Made by a program: the position numbers and the translations under genes
The notes under the pieces: generated by a model
What the model saw: the letters and a program-made list of their open reading frames with translations, nothing else
Told to the model about the DNA's origin: nothing
Databases searched by the model: none
In this document: positions 1 to 12,635 of the stretch, piece by piece
How the letters are laid out: the number at the start of each line of letters is the position of its first letter
Numbering within the stretch: position 1 is the first letter of the stretch
Source: Octopus vulgaris
Taxonomy: Eukaryota
Assembly: GCA_951406725.2 (NCBI GenBank)
Contig: OX597829.1
Span: forward strand, 5,208,001-5,272,000
Reading direction: 5' to 3'
Length of the DNA stretch: 64,000 nucleotides

Positions 1-420
1 CACGATCTAATAAATATTCTAGGAGGCCCAGGAAGGTAAAAAGTTTCGATGCTGCACTTGTGGAAACAGTAATTGCCCAAAGGCTTCCTGTTCTCTACAA
101 AAATAACAGTAAATGATAGCTGAAATAAGGCCTCTACAACATCAACATCACGAACGGCAGCAACACAAGCAACTACAGCAAGTATAAGAACAGCATGCAA
201 CCGCAGGATCAGTTATTGCGGTACCAGTTACGAGACTAGAGGCTGCACCGACAGCAATAACTACTACAACAACAAAACATGAATGGAAGCAACAGCAAAA
301 GAACATCATCAAGGCCACCACATCGAAGATAATGGCAACAACAAGAGCCATAGAGAACATTAAAAAAACACCAATAAATATACGCCAGAACAAATTCAGC
401 ATCACCTAAACGCAAGGCCT
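1..420 (+). mobile_element. Possible degenerate L1/Tx1-type LINE ORF1 remnant
   Basis: Reads KKFRCCTCGNSNCPK (zinc-knuckle-like), then ACA/GCA-rich low-complexity sequence resembling the ORF1 region of the LINE at 41.3-45.2 kb. Confidence 0.3.
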
Positions 421-573
421 ACTCCGTCTCATGCCATACTTACAGAATAGCGGAGATGATTTTTTAATAAATCAAGAATATATATTGTACAGATTCGCCT
501 TAGCACCCTAGGCAAATGTCATTTTCCATAGTCTCAGGTCACCTCTTTGTGAGTGAAATTGGGTGGATGAATA

Positions 574-957
574 TCTATCTCTATATAAACGGCAGTTTGT
601 CTGTGTGTGTTTCTGTGTGTCTGTCTGGTTGTACCCTCACCCTGACCACGGCTTTCAACCGATTCTGATGAAACTTGACACACACATAGCCCAATGTCAT
701 AATTCAAAACTAACGCAGCGAAAATTTTGAAAAGTTCCCCCAGTTCTGAAAAAGATCGATAAATTCGACATGGGGTCGACAATCAGAAACACAAACCACA
801 GATGGTCTAGGGGACGCAACTCGACCTTTTTAACTATCAAAAAAAAATTTACCATAATTTTTTTCCCCATGTTTTTGCTATTTTTTGGCTATAACTCTAA
901 AAATGCTTTATAGTTATTTCCCTTACAAACCCGAGCAACACCGGGCGATACTGCTAG
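574..957 (+). mobile_element. Non-autonomous Helitron
   Basis: 5' A|TC at 573/574; subterminal hairpin CCCGAGCAACACCGGG (930-945); 3' CTAG|T at 954-958; no TSD. Confidence 0.8.
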
Positions 958-983
958 TATTGTATAAAAGCTCGTCCGGTAGA

Positions 984-1348
984 TTATTGTGACCCTAGTA
1001 TCGATCTATTGCATTTCTATCTGTTTTAGGGTTAGGGTTAGTTAGGGTTAGGGGTGGGAGTTAGGGTATCTTTTTTTCTTCACAAATGTAAATAAACACA
1101 ATCTGTTTCTTAAACGAGGGACATATTCACACGGCACATAATGTTTTCACCTCAATAAACGTCAGTGATTGGTTGAAATTGCAGAAATTGAAGAAAAAAC
1201 AACAAATATCTTACAAACTATAGAATTTTCTCAATAAAGCCAAGAGAAAAAGATGTTTTATAAACACATTCTACCAGTATACGAAGTTTAAAATTTTTTA
1301 GTTACCTAGAAATTATGTTAAAAACTGCCGTTCAATCCGAAAAGATCC
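984..1348 (+). mobile_element. MITE with internal TTAGGG tract, left-truncated copy
   Basis: Highly similar to 2149-2571; retains right TIR ...AACTGCCGTTCAATCCGAAAAGATCC. Confidence 0.8.
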
Positions 1349-1372
1349 GATTGTTCAGCTGTCACACACACA

Positions 1373-1431
<59 letters not shown>

Positions 1432-2148
1432 TGTGTTATGCTGATTGTACATGAGAATTACGTTAAGGACACATGACTGTAGAATGCTCAGGAGCTGGAA
1501 GGAAATTCAATTGATCGGACAACTGATTCCTCATCGTTAAGTGACGGAGATCCTCCACACTGTGTGCGTGTACATATGCATGTATGTATCAATGTATCTA
1601 TGCATATACATATTAAGAGGAATACGAGGAAAGGAAATCTGCGAGTGAGGGTAATTTACTGTAGGTACACCTGAAAACATAACAGCGCTAAGTTTTACTA
1701 ACACCTTTTTTTAGTACCGTAGCCTATTTGAGAATATAGGGTAAAAAAGCTATAGATTAATTGAGAGAAAAAACCCAGCATAACTCAAATAAACATTAAG
1801 TTATTATCTCATGGAAGTGTTATAAGCCATAGATTTCTGTAAAAGTTTGCAAATGGGGTAACAGAGTACAACCAGTTGAGATTTAACAAATTATACTTAT
1901 TAACTGATATGAAATAACAATGTGATTATTTAGTCATAAGAGGATTCGTCTTGTCGTCAAAAATCAGAAGCAATTTTTTTCATGGAGCTTAAACTCATTA
2001 TGGATTTTTCCCATTTTTTTTCTTACATGCATTAATTAATGAATTTGTAGTGGTCTACGAAATTTGTTTTACACAAGTTCGTTTCCCAAACTGAATGAAA
2101 AATTTTCTTATTTTTTTTATTATTTCACATAGTTTAACAATTATTTTC

Positions 2149-2571
2149 GGATCTTTTCGGTTTGAACGGCGGCTTTTCTCTAGCGGTGTCATATGAAATT
2201 GTCACCCATAATTATGACCCTAGAATCGATCTATTGCATTTCAATCTCTTTTAGGCTTAGGGTTAGTTAGGGGTGGGGGCAAGGGTATCTTTTTTTCTTC
2301 ACAAATGTAAATAAACCCAATCTGTTTCTTAAACGAGGGACATATTCATACGGCACAGAATGTTTTTTAACTCAATAGATGTCATCGATTGGTTGAAATT
2401 GCAGAAATTGAAGAAAAAAAAACAACGAATATCTTACAAACTATAGAATTTTCTCAGTAAAGCCAAGAGAAAAAGGTGTTTTATAAACACATTCTACCAG
2501 TATACGAAGTTTAAAATTTTTTAGTTACCTAGAAATTATGTTAAAAACTGCTGTTCAAACCGAAAAGATTC
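2149..2571 (+). mobile_element. Complete MITE, Merlin-like (GG termini, 8-bp TSD)
   Basis: TIRs GGATCTTTTCGGTTTGAACGGC / GCTGTTCAAACCGAAAAGATTC; TTATTTTC duplicated at 2141-2148 and 2572-2579; internal TTAGGG-like repeats. Confidence 0.85.
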
Positions 2572-3279
2572 TTATTTTCTTTCAAATACAGTTGTTAAAC
2601 TTTCAAACGTCTTTTTAATTGAAAAACTCATATTTTTTTTTCTTTTTAGTGGAGTGAATTTGTTTAACTTCAAACTGAAATCGAAAGTGTTGTACGAAAT
2701 AACACTTTTTGTCAGAAAATATACCCGTCATCATTGTCTCTTAATGAAACGCTGTCTTTCAGAATCAATAAAAGATGCTTTTTCGGATTAAATCACCACC
2801 TTTTCATTACTTTTTTCTTCACTTTGTTTATGTTTTGGTTCTTTTCTTCCCGTTTTCTTTTTTCGCTTTCGTATTTCTTTTACATTGACTAAGAATCCTG
2901 CCTTAATCACCACATCTTTACTCCTCCTCACAGTAAAGAAATATCTAAAAAGCCTTATCGTCCCAGCTTTTGGTTGATAGATCTGTTTTCTGTCTTCGTA
3001 TTTTTAGTTCGTGTTCATACAATCATACAATGAGGTGTTACCCAAACAAGTAACACCTCATTATACCAACACAAACATATAAATATTATTTAGTTGGGGC
3101 AGAGGCAATCTTTTTCGAGAAGCAGGACGCATGAAACATGGCTCATATTCAGACGGGCCGCACCGCTAAAAAAAGATTCAAGGTAATTCTTCATTGGCGT
3201 TCCGTCCGGAAAGTAACGTGGCCAGCTGTTTGCCGATGACTGATTTAGCTCAACTTATTTCGTACATGCATGCTCGTAG

Positions 3280-3625
3280 ATCATCGTCATCATCATCTTC
3301 TTTCTTCTTCTTCTTCTTCTTCTTCTTCTTCTCATCCTCCTCCCCCTCCTCCTTCTTCTTCTTCTTCTTCTTCTTCTTCTTCTTCTTCTTCTTCTTCTTC
3401 TCCTCCTCCTTCTTCTTGTCCTTCTTCTACTTCTTCTTCTCATCATCCTCCCCCTCCTTCTTCTCCTCCTCCTTCTTCTTGTCCTTCTTCTACTTCTTCT
3501 TCTTCTTCTTCTTCTCATCCTCCTCCCCCTCCTTCTTCTTCTTCTCCTCATCCTCCTCCCCCTCCTCGTTCTTCTTCTTCTTCTTCTTCTTCTTTTTCTT
3601 CTGCTGCTGCTGCTGCTGCTGCTGG
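3280..3625. repeat. Compound (TTC)n/(TCC)n/(CTG)n microsatellite
   Basis: Seen directly; source of the poly-F/S/R ORFs. Confidence 0.95.
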
Positions 3626-4391
3626 TACTACACATTTCTTAACTAATAATCCAACTATTTCAAATATAACCTCCCCACCACCCACCACCACCACCACCAC
3701 CACCTACTTAATACAATTTTTTTGTTATATTTTTGACACATGCGCTGGCTGTGTTTTTCTTTGAACCCCTTATGACTATACTTCTCCCATATACTCACAC
3801 AAATGCATACCATCATTATCTCAATACTTATTTACATAAGTCTAATTAACTACACAACTTATCCAACTCTTTTACTTTGATAAATCATTTAAGCCTGTTC
3901 ATTCCTTCTCACACTATTTATTCTTCTTGTATATTTTTCTTAATCTCAGTTTTTACCTCTGACAATTTATAAAGATTTTCGCTCATCATATTTCATCTTG
4001 GCTATTTTGTTTTCCCCTTAACCCGTTCCGTTTTAATTCCTTTCTTGTTATTGTTGATCTCTCTTCTATTTTTTATTTTAATCAACCATTCCACAAATTG
4101 AGTCTTTTATAATTTTTATTCTTCATATATCCTCTCCTTCTCTCGTTTTATACACATATATATATATATGTATATATATATATATGCACACACACACACA
4201 CACACACACACGAATATAAGTACATATTGAGTATCTCAAAATAATGGGCTAAATACCTTAGTAATGGATCCCATTATTATAGCTGCCTTAATAAATGTGC
4301 TTGTTCAGGTCTCAGTTAATTGCATTTAAAATATGTCCCATCATAATGAATCAATAATCTACTTATTTATTTTAATATTTAATAATCGAAC

Positions 4392-4790
4392 GGCGGCAAG
4401 CTGGCAGAATCGTTAGCACGCCGGGTGAAATGCTTAGCAGTATTTCGCCTGCCGCTACGTTCTGAGTTCAAATTCCGCTGAGGTTGACTTTGCCTTTCAT
4501 CCTTTCGGGGTCGATTAAATAAGTACCAGTTGTGTACTGGTGCCGATACAATCGACTCAATCTGTTTGTCTGTTCTTGTTTGTCCTCTCTGTGTTTAGCC
4601 CCTTGTGGGTAGTAAAGAAATAGGTATTTCGTCTGACTTTACGTTCTGAGTTCAAATTCTGCCGAGGTCGACTTTGCCGTTCATCCTTTTGGGGTCGATA
4701 AATTCAGTACCAATCGCGTACTGGGGTTGACCTAATCGACTGGCCTCCTCCCCAGAAATTTCGAGCCTTATGCCTAGAGTAGAAAAGAAT
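4392..4790 (+). mobile_element. SINE family A (Deu/Nin-like core), composite copy
   Basis: GGCGGC(A/G)AGCTGGCAGAA head, GAGTTCAAATTCC B-box, GCCTTTCATCCTTTCGGGGTCGA core; core repeated after ...AAAGAAATAGG. Confidence 0.85.
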
Positions 4791-5167
4791 ATTTAATAAT
4801 CGACCAATACAACTCAATTTTTTCGTATTCATTTAATACAGTTTGTCATATTTTTTTGCTGTTTCTTATTTTACTACCCACTCAAACTACTTCAAATTTC
4901 CCCCTACCTCCTCTCATGAATGCTAAGAAAATATTCATCATATTTTAATTCAGTCAATTATTTCTCCTATGAAACTCTTTAATTAAGTTCTTCAAAACTT
5001 TGAGAAAAGAAAATTATTAATAAACTCGAGTGCACTGAATTTTTTTCCGTAGGTAAAACATATAATATTGCTTCTTCACCTTCACTTGTCATTTAAGATA
5101 ATTATTTTTTGATTATCATTTTTTATATTCAACCTTCCAGCACCGAAATGAATTCATTACTAATTTA

Positions 5168-5560
5168 GGCGGCGAGCTAGCAGACTTTGCCTTTCTTTCA
5201 TCCTTGCATTTCGTCTGCCGTTACATTCTGAGTTCAAATTCCGCCGAGGTCGACTTTACCTTTCATCCTTTCGGGGTCGATAAATTAAGTACTAGTTACG
5301 CACTGGGGTCAATATTGTCGACTTAATCCGTCTGTCTGTCCTTGTTTGTCTCCTGTGTTTAGCCCCTTGTGGGTAGTAAAGAAATAGGTATTTCATCTTT
5401 CATCACGTTCTGACTTCAAATTCCGCAGGGGTCGACTTTGCTTTTCATCCTTTCGGGGACGATAAACGAAATACCAGTTACGCACTGGAGTCGATATTGT
5501 CGACTCATCCCCTCACCCCAAAATTTCAAAATTTCAGGCTTTGTGCCTAAAGTAGAGATT
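5168..5560 (+). mobile_element. SINE family A, composite copy
   Basis: Same motifs and double-core layout as 4392-4790. Confidence 0.85.
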
Positions 5561-5821
5561 ATTAACTTCAATTTCTTTATGAAAACTAAAAAAAAAAAAA
5601 AAAAAGTTCGCATCATTCGGCATCTTTTTAAATATATACCCTTAAGATTTTTTACTTCGCACTATACACATGCACGCGCGTACACACACAAGTGTTTTAA
5701 ACCAACCAATTTTAGTCTAAAATTTCTCGGTTTATATGTATATTTGTGCACATGCACACAGCCATCCATTCATCCACCCAAACTTACACACACACACACA
5801 CACACACACATACATATATAC

Positions 5822-6105
5822 GTGGAAATTAGCTGCCCAGCAGATGTTGACATAAATCTGGAAAAAACGAATACCTACACGGAACTATCGATAAAATCTA
5901 CAGTTATTCTAACCAGATTACAAGTTGAGGTTTATACCTGTAATTATTGGGGTCCTGGGATATGTAACACACTGCCTAAATACCAATCTTGAGAAATTAG
6001 GCTTTTCTCAAAACTAGAAAGGAGAAAGCTGATTCGAAGACTACAGACCCAGTCCATTACTGGAACTGTAAAAATCTGTAAAACTTTCCAGAAGTTTATC
6101 ATTTA
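5822..6105 (+). mobile_element. 3' fragment of an RLE-type (R4/NeSL-like) non-LTR retrotransposon
   Basis: Frameshifted VEISCPADV..EK..Y / IP.IIG.LGY / NLEKLGFS..LIRRLQTQSITGTVKICKTFQKF, typical of a restriction-like endonuclease C-terminus. Confidence 0.7.
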
Positions 6106-6410
6106 AATATACATGATCATGTCTAGATATGTAGCTATATGCATGAGAATACATACATAAATCAAAACGTACATACATACATACATACATACATACACAC
6201 ATACATACATACATACATACATACGTACGTACGTACGTACGTACATACATACATACATACATACATACATACATACATACATACATACATACGTACGTAT
6301 GTACATACATACGTACGTATGTACATACATACATACATGCATGCATGCATACATACATACATACATACATACATACGTATATACATACATACATACATAT
6401 ATACATACAT

Positions 6411-6765
6411 GGTGGTGGTGACTGCCCCCTCGTTATCGAGTATGGCCATTGCACGAAGCTTAATCAATGTTGTTATCGTGCAATGCCTGTGCAAGAAGAT
6501 TTTTTTAAAGTGAGGAAAGGCTGTGCACTGAGTCAATCCCACTCACTAAGCAACAGCAGCCATAATCCGAAAAGAAGAACAAGTCAACATCATCGGTAAC
6601 CACTGAGCCGCAGGTTTTATGTCGGAGTTATCCCAGTTACCTTCTCCAAGAAGAATGCCCTAACAAAAGCTAGGAGTCCTTCACTCCCAATGGTTTAACC
6701 GCACGATCGGGTATTCAGTCCGATTACTTCTATGTCCCCGCGCATGATACAGCCTTAAGGCATTT
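6411..6765 (-). mobile_element. Short non-autonomous RTE derivative (5' UTR fused to 3' tail)
   Basis: RTE-type 5'-UTR motif GGGCATTCTTCTTGGAGAAGGTAAC..AAAACC; 3' tail matches 57614-57653 at 36/40; flanked by (TACA)n. Confidence 0.7.
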
Positions 6766-7559
6766 ATTGGATATACATACATACATACATACATACATAC
6801 ATACATACATACATACATACATACATACATACATACATACATACATACATACACACACACACATACGTACATACATATATACATACATACGTACATATAT
6901 ACATACATTATTAAGTATTTTAATATATACATACATATATACACACGTTATTAAGTATTTTAAATATTAAGTATTTGTTCTCTACTTATTATTTCTTTAA
7001 CCCTTCTCTTTCTAGCATCTGCCTTTGACGTCGAATCTACTAACGTTTTTTTTAAATACTTAATAACGTTCTGTTTATCATTTATGCAGTCATCGTAATT
7101 GTTATAATGTCTTGTTGTTTCTTTCCCGATGAGAAGATTGCAGTTTACACCGTATATTCCTTTGGAATAAAACCAATGTTGTCTTCGAAACACATGTCGA
7201 AAGTAAAAGAATTTGAATAGCATCTGCGTTCAACTCCATTTATTTACTTATACTACACAAATTACTGCACATTAACCCGGAGTTTCTACCTTTGAATAGG
7301 TCGCTTCATCCGTGTTACTTGCGTGAATTTTGATACCATGGTGACTGTTTATTGAATTTTCCATGTTAACGGTAAACAAAGGATAATTCATTCATCCATT
7401 TATATATATATATATATAAATTGGAAAAAACACCTTTTAACAATTCAAAATGAACAATTAAATTTCACCATCTAGAAAATTACATGTAATAGAAATATTA
7501 AAAATAAAATAACAATAATATACCGATGATTAAGTAAATTGCAAAATAATAATAAAAAC

Positions 7560-7623
<64 letters not shown>

Positions 7624-7650
7624 GAAAAAAGCAACAAGAATGGATTAAAA

Positions 7651-7738
7651 TCTCGGTACGATCGTTTCGTACGAGGACATCTTTAATAAGCTACAAAAAA
7701 TGCAGTGAATACAGATGGCTCGCACTCGTCAGCCGAAA
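7651..7738 (-). ncRNA. Type-I hammerhead ribozyme (Penelope/retrozyme-like)
   Basis: UUUCGG CUGACGA GUGCGAG..CUCGUAC GAAA CGAUCG UA CCGAGA; helices I and II fully paired, palindromic helix III, GUA cleavage triplet. Confidence 0.85.
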
Positions 7739-7981
7739 AAATATCAGAGAATTTCCAAACATCAAAAGGGGTAGATACAAAAGAGGTTGTAAGATTAACT
7801 GCATTGAAGAAAGTTCGATTCATGGAGATCCGATGAAAGGTTTTAAACCTATAGAATTTATGCATGTCTACATATAGCTCATATTGAATATTTGATCAAG
7901 TTGTATGAAGAAATTTTTATATATATATATATATATGTATATACAGAGAGAGAGAGAGAGAGGGAGAGAGAGAGAGAGAGA

Positions 7982-8180
7982 TGAGGGTGCTGAAAAGTTC
8001 TTGGCTTTAAGGGCGTCGCGAAAGGCCTGGTTGGAGGCCCAACTTCCCGAGTTCTTTTACAGAAAAACTGAAGGACCGCTTGCAATAACTATGGGAGGGC
8101 AATATGTTGAATAAAATCACAATTGACCAATCCTCCTCTGTTTCATTTACCCAAAGCCAGGAACTCTTTAGCACTCCTCG
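7982..8180 (+). mobile_element. Mariner-derived MITE
   Basis: TIRs (C>T)GAGGGTGCTGAAAAGTTCTTGGCTT / AAGCCAGGAACTCTTTAGCACTCCTCG followed by TA; internal GQYVE* transposase tail. Confidence 0.8.
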
Positions 8181-8647
8181 TACATACATAACACCGTTCA
8201 TTTATCATAACTAACATGGAGCTAAGCATTACAATCATAAAATATAAATGTACCTTTTTAAGATAATCTATTTTTCAAATAACTTCATAGAATGGTTGCT
8301 AAATCTCTGACATATAACATAAGAAAATATAAGTACAGAAACACACTGTAATACCTATACACACAAATTAACCTATTTGTACACGCATCAGACATAGACG
8401 TTTGCATGAACAAATAATGGCAAAGACCGCCATCAGTTACCAATCAGACTGTTTTAAAGAAGGAAAGGCACATAGAACAGTGTCGTCCCTGATATACAGA
8501 ATTCAATAACAGATGTGCTCGGACTTTAGGCAAAGAGCTGGAGACTCAACAGAGAAAAGAGAGTAAGGGGAACTGAAAAAAGAAAAAAAAAAGGTATTGC
8601 TTGACCATGCAAGTGTTTCTTTTACGAGAGTAGTTAGAAATATACTG

Positions 8648-8761
<114 letters not shown>

Positions 8762-9186
8762 AAGAGGGCGAGAAAGAAAGACAGAGAGGAACTGTCGAAA
8801 GTAAAAGAGTGAAAATAAAAAATAAACAAGAGATCGGAGTTGAAAATATACAGTGAATGAAAAAGGAGATGACGTGAGAAATGAAAATACTCATACAAAG
8901 ATATACATTCAAGAACTAATAAGTCACTGAATTTAAAACCCAATAACATTATCTGTGTAAACGCTACTTTTAGAATAGCATGTTAGCGCTGATTACCAGA
9001 GCAAACACCGTAGGCAGACCGAGAGACAGACAGACACACAGAGATATAGATATAGATACTGAGAATTTGAAACTTGAATAAAAACAAAATGAAAATACGT
9101 CGATGGTGCCTTCTTAGAATGGGTCTAGAAGAAATTACAAAACAGGATGTATCTCAATTATCGTTAATTATCATAAATATAGAAAT

Positions 9187-9425
9187 TGTCGTAAATTATA
9201 ATCTGCAGGATCAGTAAATGCTCCAGTATTAAGCACGCGGCAGTAAGTCGATGAGGTTATTAATAAACAACATGCGGCAGGTTTTCTAATCTCTCCGAGA
9301 TAAGGCAAATGTAATTTGGTGATTATAAATCCTACAGCATGCTGCTTATTAATAACATATTCATCGACTTAGGGCTGCGTGTTTAATATAGAAGTAACTG
9401 GCACCAGAGAATACATATTACGACA
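9187..9425. repeat. Old fold-back palindrome / MITE
   Basis: TATTAAGCACGCGGCAGTAAGTCGATGA..TTATTAATAA mirrored by TTATTAATAA..TCATCGACTTAGGGCTGCGTGTTTAATA; ends TGTCGTAA/TTACGACA. Confidence 0.65.
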
Positions 9426-9601
9426 GCCTGCTATGTTTATGTTTCAAAAACGATGAATAACATACTTCCGGTTTATGGTGAATTGTTTTGGACCCATCCT
9501 ACGAGAACCCAAACGACTCGGGCGAATTCAGAACATAAAAAGCCGAAATAAATACCGTATTTCCGTCCAAAACTGACAATTCTCTCTCTCTCTCTCTCTC
9601 T

Positions 9602-9650
<49 letters not shown>

Positions 9651-10028
9651 ATTTATTTAAGTCTTATGTTAGTATTATCTGACATAGAATTAAAGTAGCT
9701 TCACTTGTTTCAGACGATATAAATCTCAATTTCACTCACGGCCTCTCTTCCGGTTGGTAGCAAGTACTATGTTTTGCTGATTGATAAATAAAACCCCACA
9801 AAAGGCAAACTAGTTTTAATATCTGTCAATTTATTCCTCATTTGTATCATGGACAAGTTCCTCCTCTCCAAATGTTCAGAGGCCAATGAAACATGCTACG
9901 AAGAAGAGGTTCCACTCACGGAAAACTTTTGAAAACTTCTTTGAAATGTTATCAATTGAAGGAGAAGACACTCAGAAGCCTTAATCTCCCAAACCATTAC
10001 ATATCTTCAAGGGTGTATGAGTATATTG

Positions 10029-10071
<43 letters not shown>

Positions 10072-11865
10072 ACGGGTTAGCCCTTTCGTTTGCCGCCCCG
10101 GACCCCACAAAAAACACATATTGCCTACAGCAGCCCCAAAAGTGATGACCCTTTAAAAGTGCCACACGGGGTGGACCGCCCCCCACGCATCCCCGCCACC
10201 ACCACCACCACCAAACTACGCTAGAGTCTGCTAGCTTTATACAACAGATTCGAAAATAAAGTATATACTTGGCATATATGTCGTTACCCTTCGAGAAGAG
10301 TTTAAGGAGTCACTGGACCAGTATTTACAAGCATTAAAAGTCTTAACTAATGATTACAGCATTAAGACAGTAACTGCTAAGTGAAAAAAACGGATGAATT
10401 TTATAAGGGACAACTTTAACAATTGTCTTTCTTCTTTCCAAATAAGGCAATGTTTATCTGAGAACTGAGTTCCTAATCTTCAGCCTGCCTACGAGCAGGT
10501 TTATTCTCCAGAAATGGTTCAAAAGCACTCTGCAGCTTCATTTGATCTTCCCAAAAGTCAATCAAAAGTCTTCTTGTACAATCCTATTCACACTTCAACT
10601 GTTGCGGTAGTTATCTCCCCAGAGCATCTTATACTCGCCAAAGAGACGTCCCTGATAAAATAACCCGCTAAGCATGTACTATGTAAAAGTCATGGTAAGG
10701 AAGGACCTTGTGCTTAGATTTGTCGATCTCAAACTTCCTCTCTTGCGGTATCCACGGTAGCTGAACTTTCTGCTGCTACTGTTCTCTATTTGCCATGTGT
10801 TGTTATAAATCTTAGAATAAAATGAAGAATAGTCAAAGCATAAATATACATGGAGAGCTCAGAAACCTTTAACAGAGAGCTAGAAAACATACACAAGTAA
10901 AAAGAAAATCCAACAAATCTAGACAACATTTTCCTGGTGATCAAAAATTTATAAATTCTCAAGAAACACATTTGTTAAAGGTGTGAATTATTGAACAAAT
11001 TGAGTCTCCATAAAGGTCTCAGCAGTCGGTTTCATCTAATGATAGTCATAAAAAACTTATCGACATCAACTATTCCCAGACGGTAATTCACTATGCGTTA
11101 CAAAATGCATATCCTCTACCAATCAGCGAGGAGATAGTCGGGGCGAAGTGGCTCAACGTAAAGTCTTCAGTACGATGAGTCTACGAAATACTTAGTATCA
11201 AAGATAAAAGAAGACAAATCTTACACTGCACTCAAGACTGACCATCAGTTGAATCAATTTACACCGATTTCATTTGTAATCCCCGACGGTGCTGCTAGCT
11301 TTTAGTTGAAGGCATAATTGGGAAAAGACCGCCGGCTGCTTTGCATATATCGATGTTACTATTTGTGGACAATAAGCAAAGTACGCATGATCACGAAGAA
11401 GCTTTTAAATGCTTACTTTAATCAGAGAAAAGTGTACAGTTTCTTCTAAAGCTATTAATCTACCTGATTATGCAATTAATAACGGTTTAATTAGTATAGA
11501 ATGTATACGACCACTACTTGATCTTCTTCAACCGAAAGACATATCTTTGAAGTGTGCAATGAGCATGTTCACTTGCCACTAACTCTGGATTTCAAAGTAT
11601 TCTGAGAAACTCTAGTAAATGGTTTACCCTCTCCTCTTCACCACTGAAAGCTTTTAGCTAATGTTGACGCATATTTTAGTTCAATTTGAAAGATTAGGTG
11701 AATGAAACAATTAGAGAACTAAAGTAATCTTCTTTGTTTTCGGCGATATAAATCACCTTCGCTTTCGTCTTCTCTTCTGGTCGGCGATATGCACAACATA
11801 TATTTCGTTTAACGATGAATAAACCTGAGAGAGGTCAACCCGTCTTAAATTATGTCATATCGCAA

Positions 11866-12080
11866 GGCAGCGAACTGGCAAAATTGTTACTACGCCGGGC
11901 AAGATGCTTAGAGGCGTTTCACCCGTCTTTACGTTCTGAGTTCAAATTCCACCGAGGTTGACTTTGGTTTACATCCTTTCGGGGTCGGCGAAAAAAGTAC
12001 CAGTTGAGCACTAGGGTCAATGTAATTGACTTACGTCCTCTCCCAAAACTGCTGGCCTTGTGCCAGAATTTGAAACCAAT
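11866..12080 (+). mobile_element. SINE family A, diverged
   Basis: Head, B-box and core recognisable. Confidence 0.75.
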
Positions 12081-12396
12081 AAATATCAGTTTATGTATGC
12101 AATGCATGTGTGTGTTTTAATGAAATACTTTGCGATATTTATTTCGATCTCTAATTCTGAATGCTATCCGACCGATGTCAGATTTGCCTCGCAATCTTGA
12201 GGTGGTCAATAAAAAAGGCACCAGCAATATAATGGAATTGTTTGAAAGTTAGAACTCCAAGTCAAGTGTTAGTAAAAATACTTAAAACCATGCATTTTGA
12301 ATGCTCTTTTCTTTCTCTGGTACACACATATACACACAATATATATATAAGATTGCATATATAGACATGCGTTTGTGCGCGCGTGTGTATACAACA

Positions 12397-12635
12397 GCTT
12401 GGTCTTCGCCCAACTCACCTGAAGACCAACCTTCGTTGATTCCTCTCGGTATATGGTCAAAACATCCATGAGCAGATCTATCAAGTTGTATCGTCCATAT
12501 ACTCCAGATCGGCAAGGTGTAGTTCCAGAAAGTAACGTATAAAACTTGCTCATTGGTCATCACATAATCGATGACATAGATGAAGAGGTGGGAGGCGGCC
12601 ACGCAGCCATGTCTGACACCGCTGTTGATGACCTG
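12397..12635 (-). mobile_element. RTE-clade LINE RT fragment (inverted 5' part)
   Basis: NSGVRHGCVAASHLFIYVIDY and EESTKVGLQVSWAKTKL RT motifs. Confidence 0.85.

Noticed and set aside
1026-1066. True telomere or interstitial telomere
   Set aside because: Internal to a MITE found three times in the window.
3029-3062. 13-bp stem hairpin
   Set aside because: Isolated, with no supporting context.
3194-3764. Poly-F/S/R ORFs, and all the YIYI/HTHT/CVCV/MYVC ORFs elsewhere
   Set aside because: Translations of microsatellites.
10260-11800. Possible Penelope RT/GIY-YIG remnant
   Set aside because: Only vague peptide hints; no diagnostic motif could be read.
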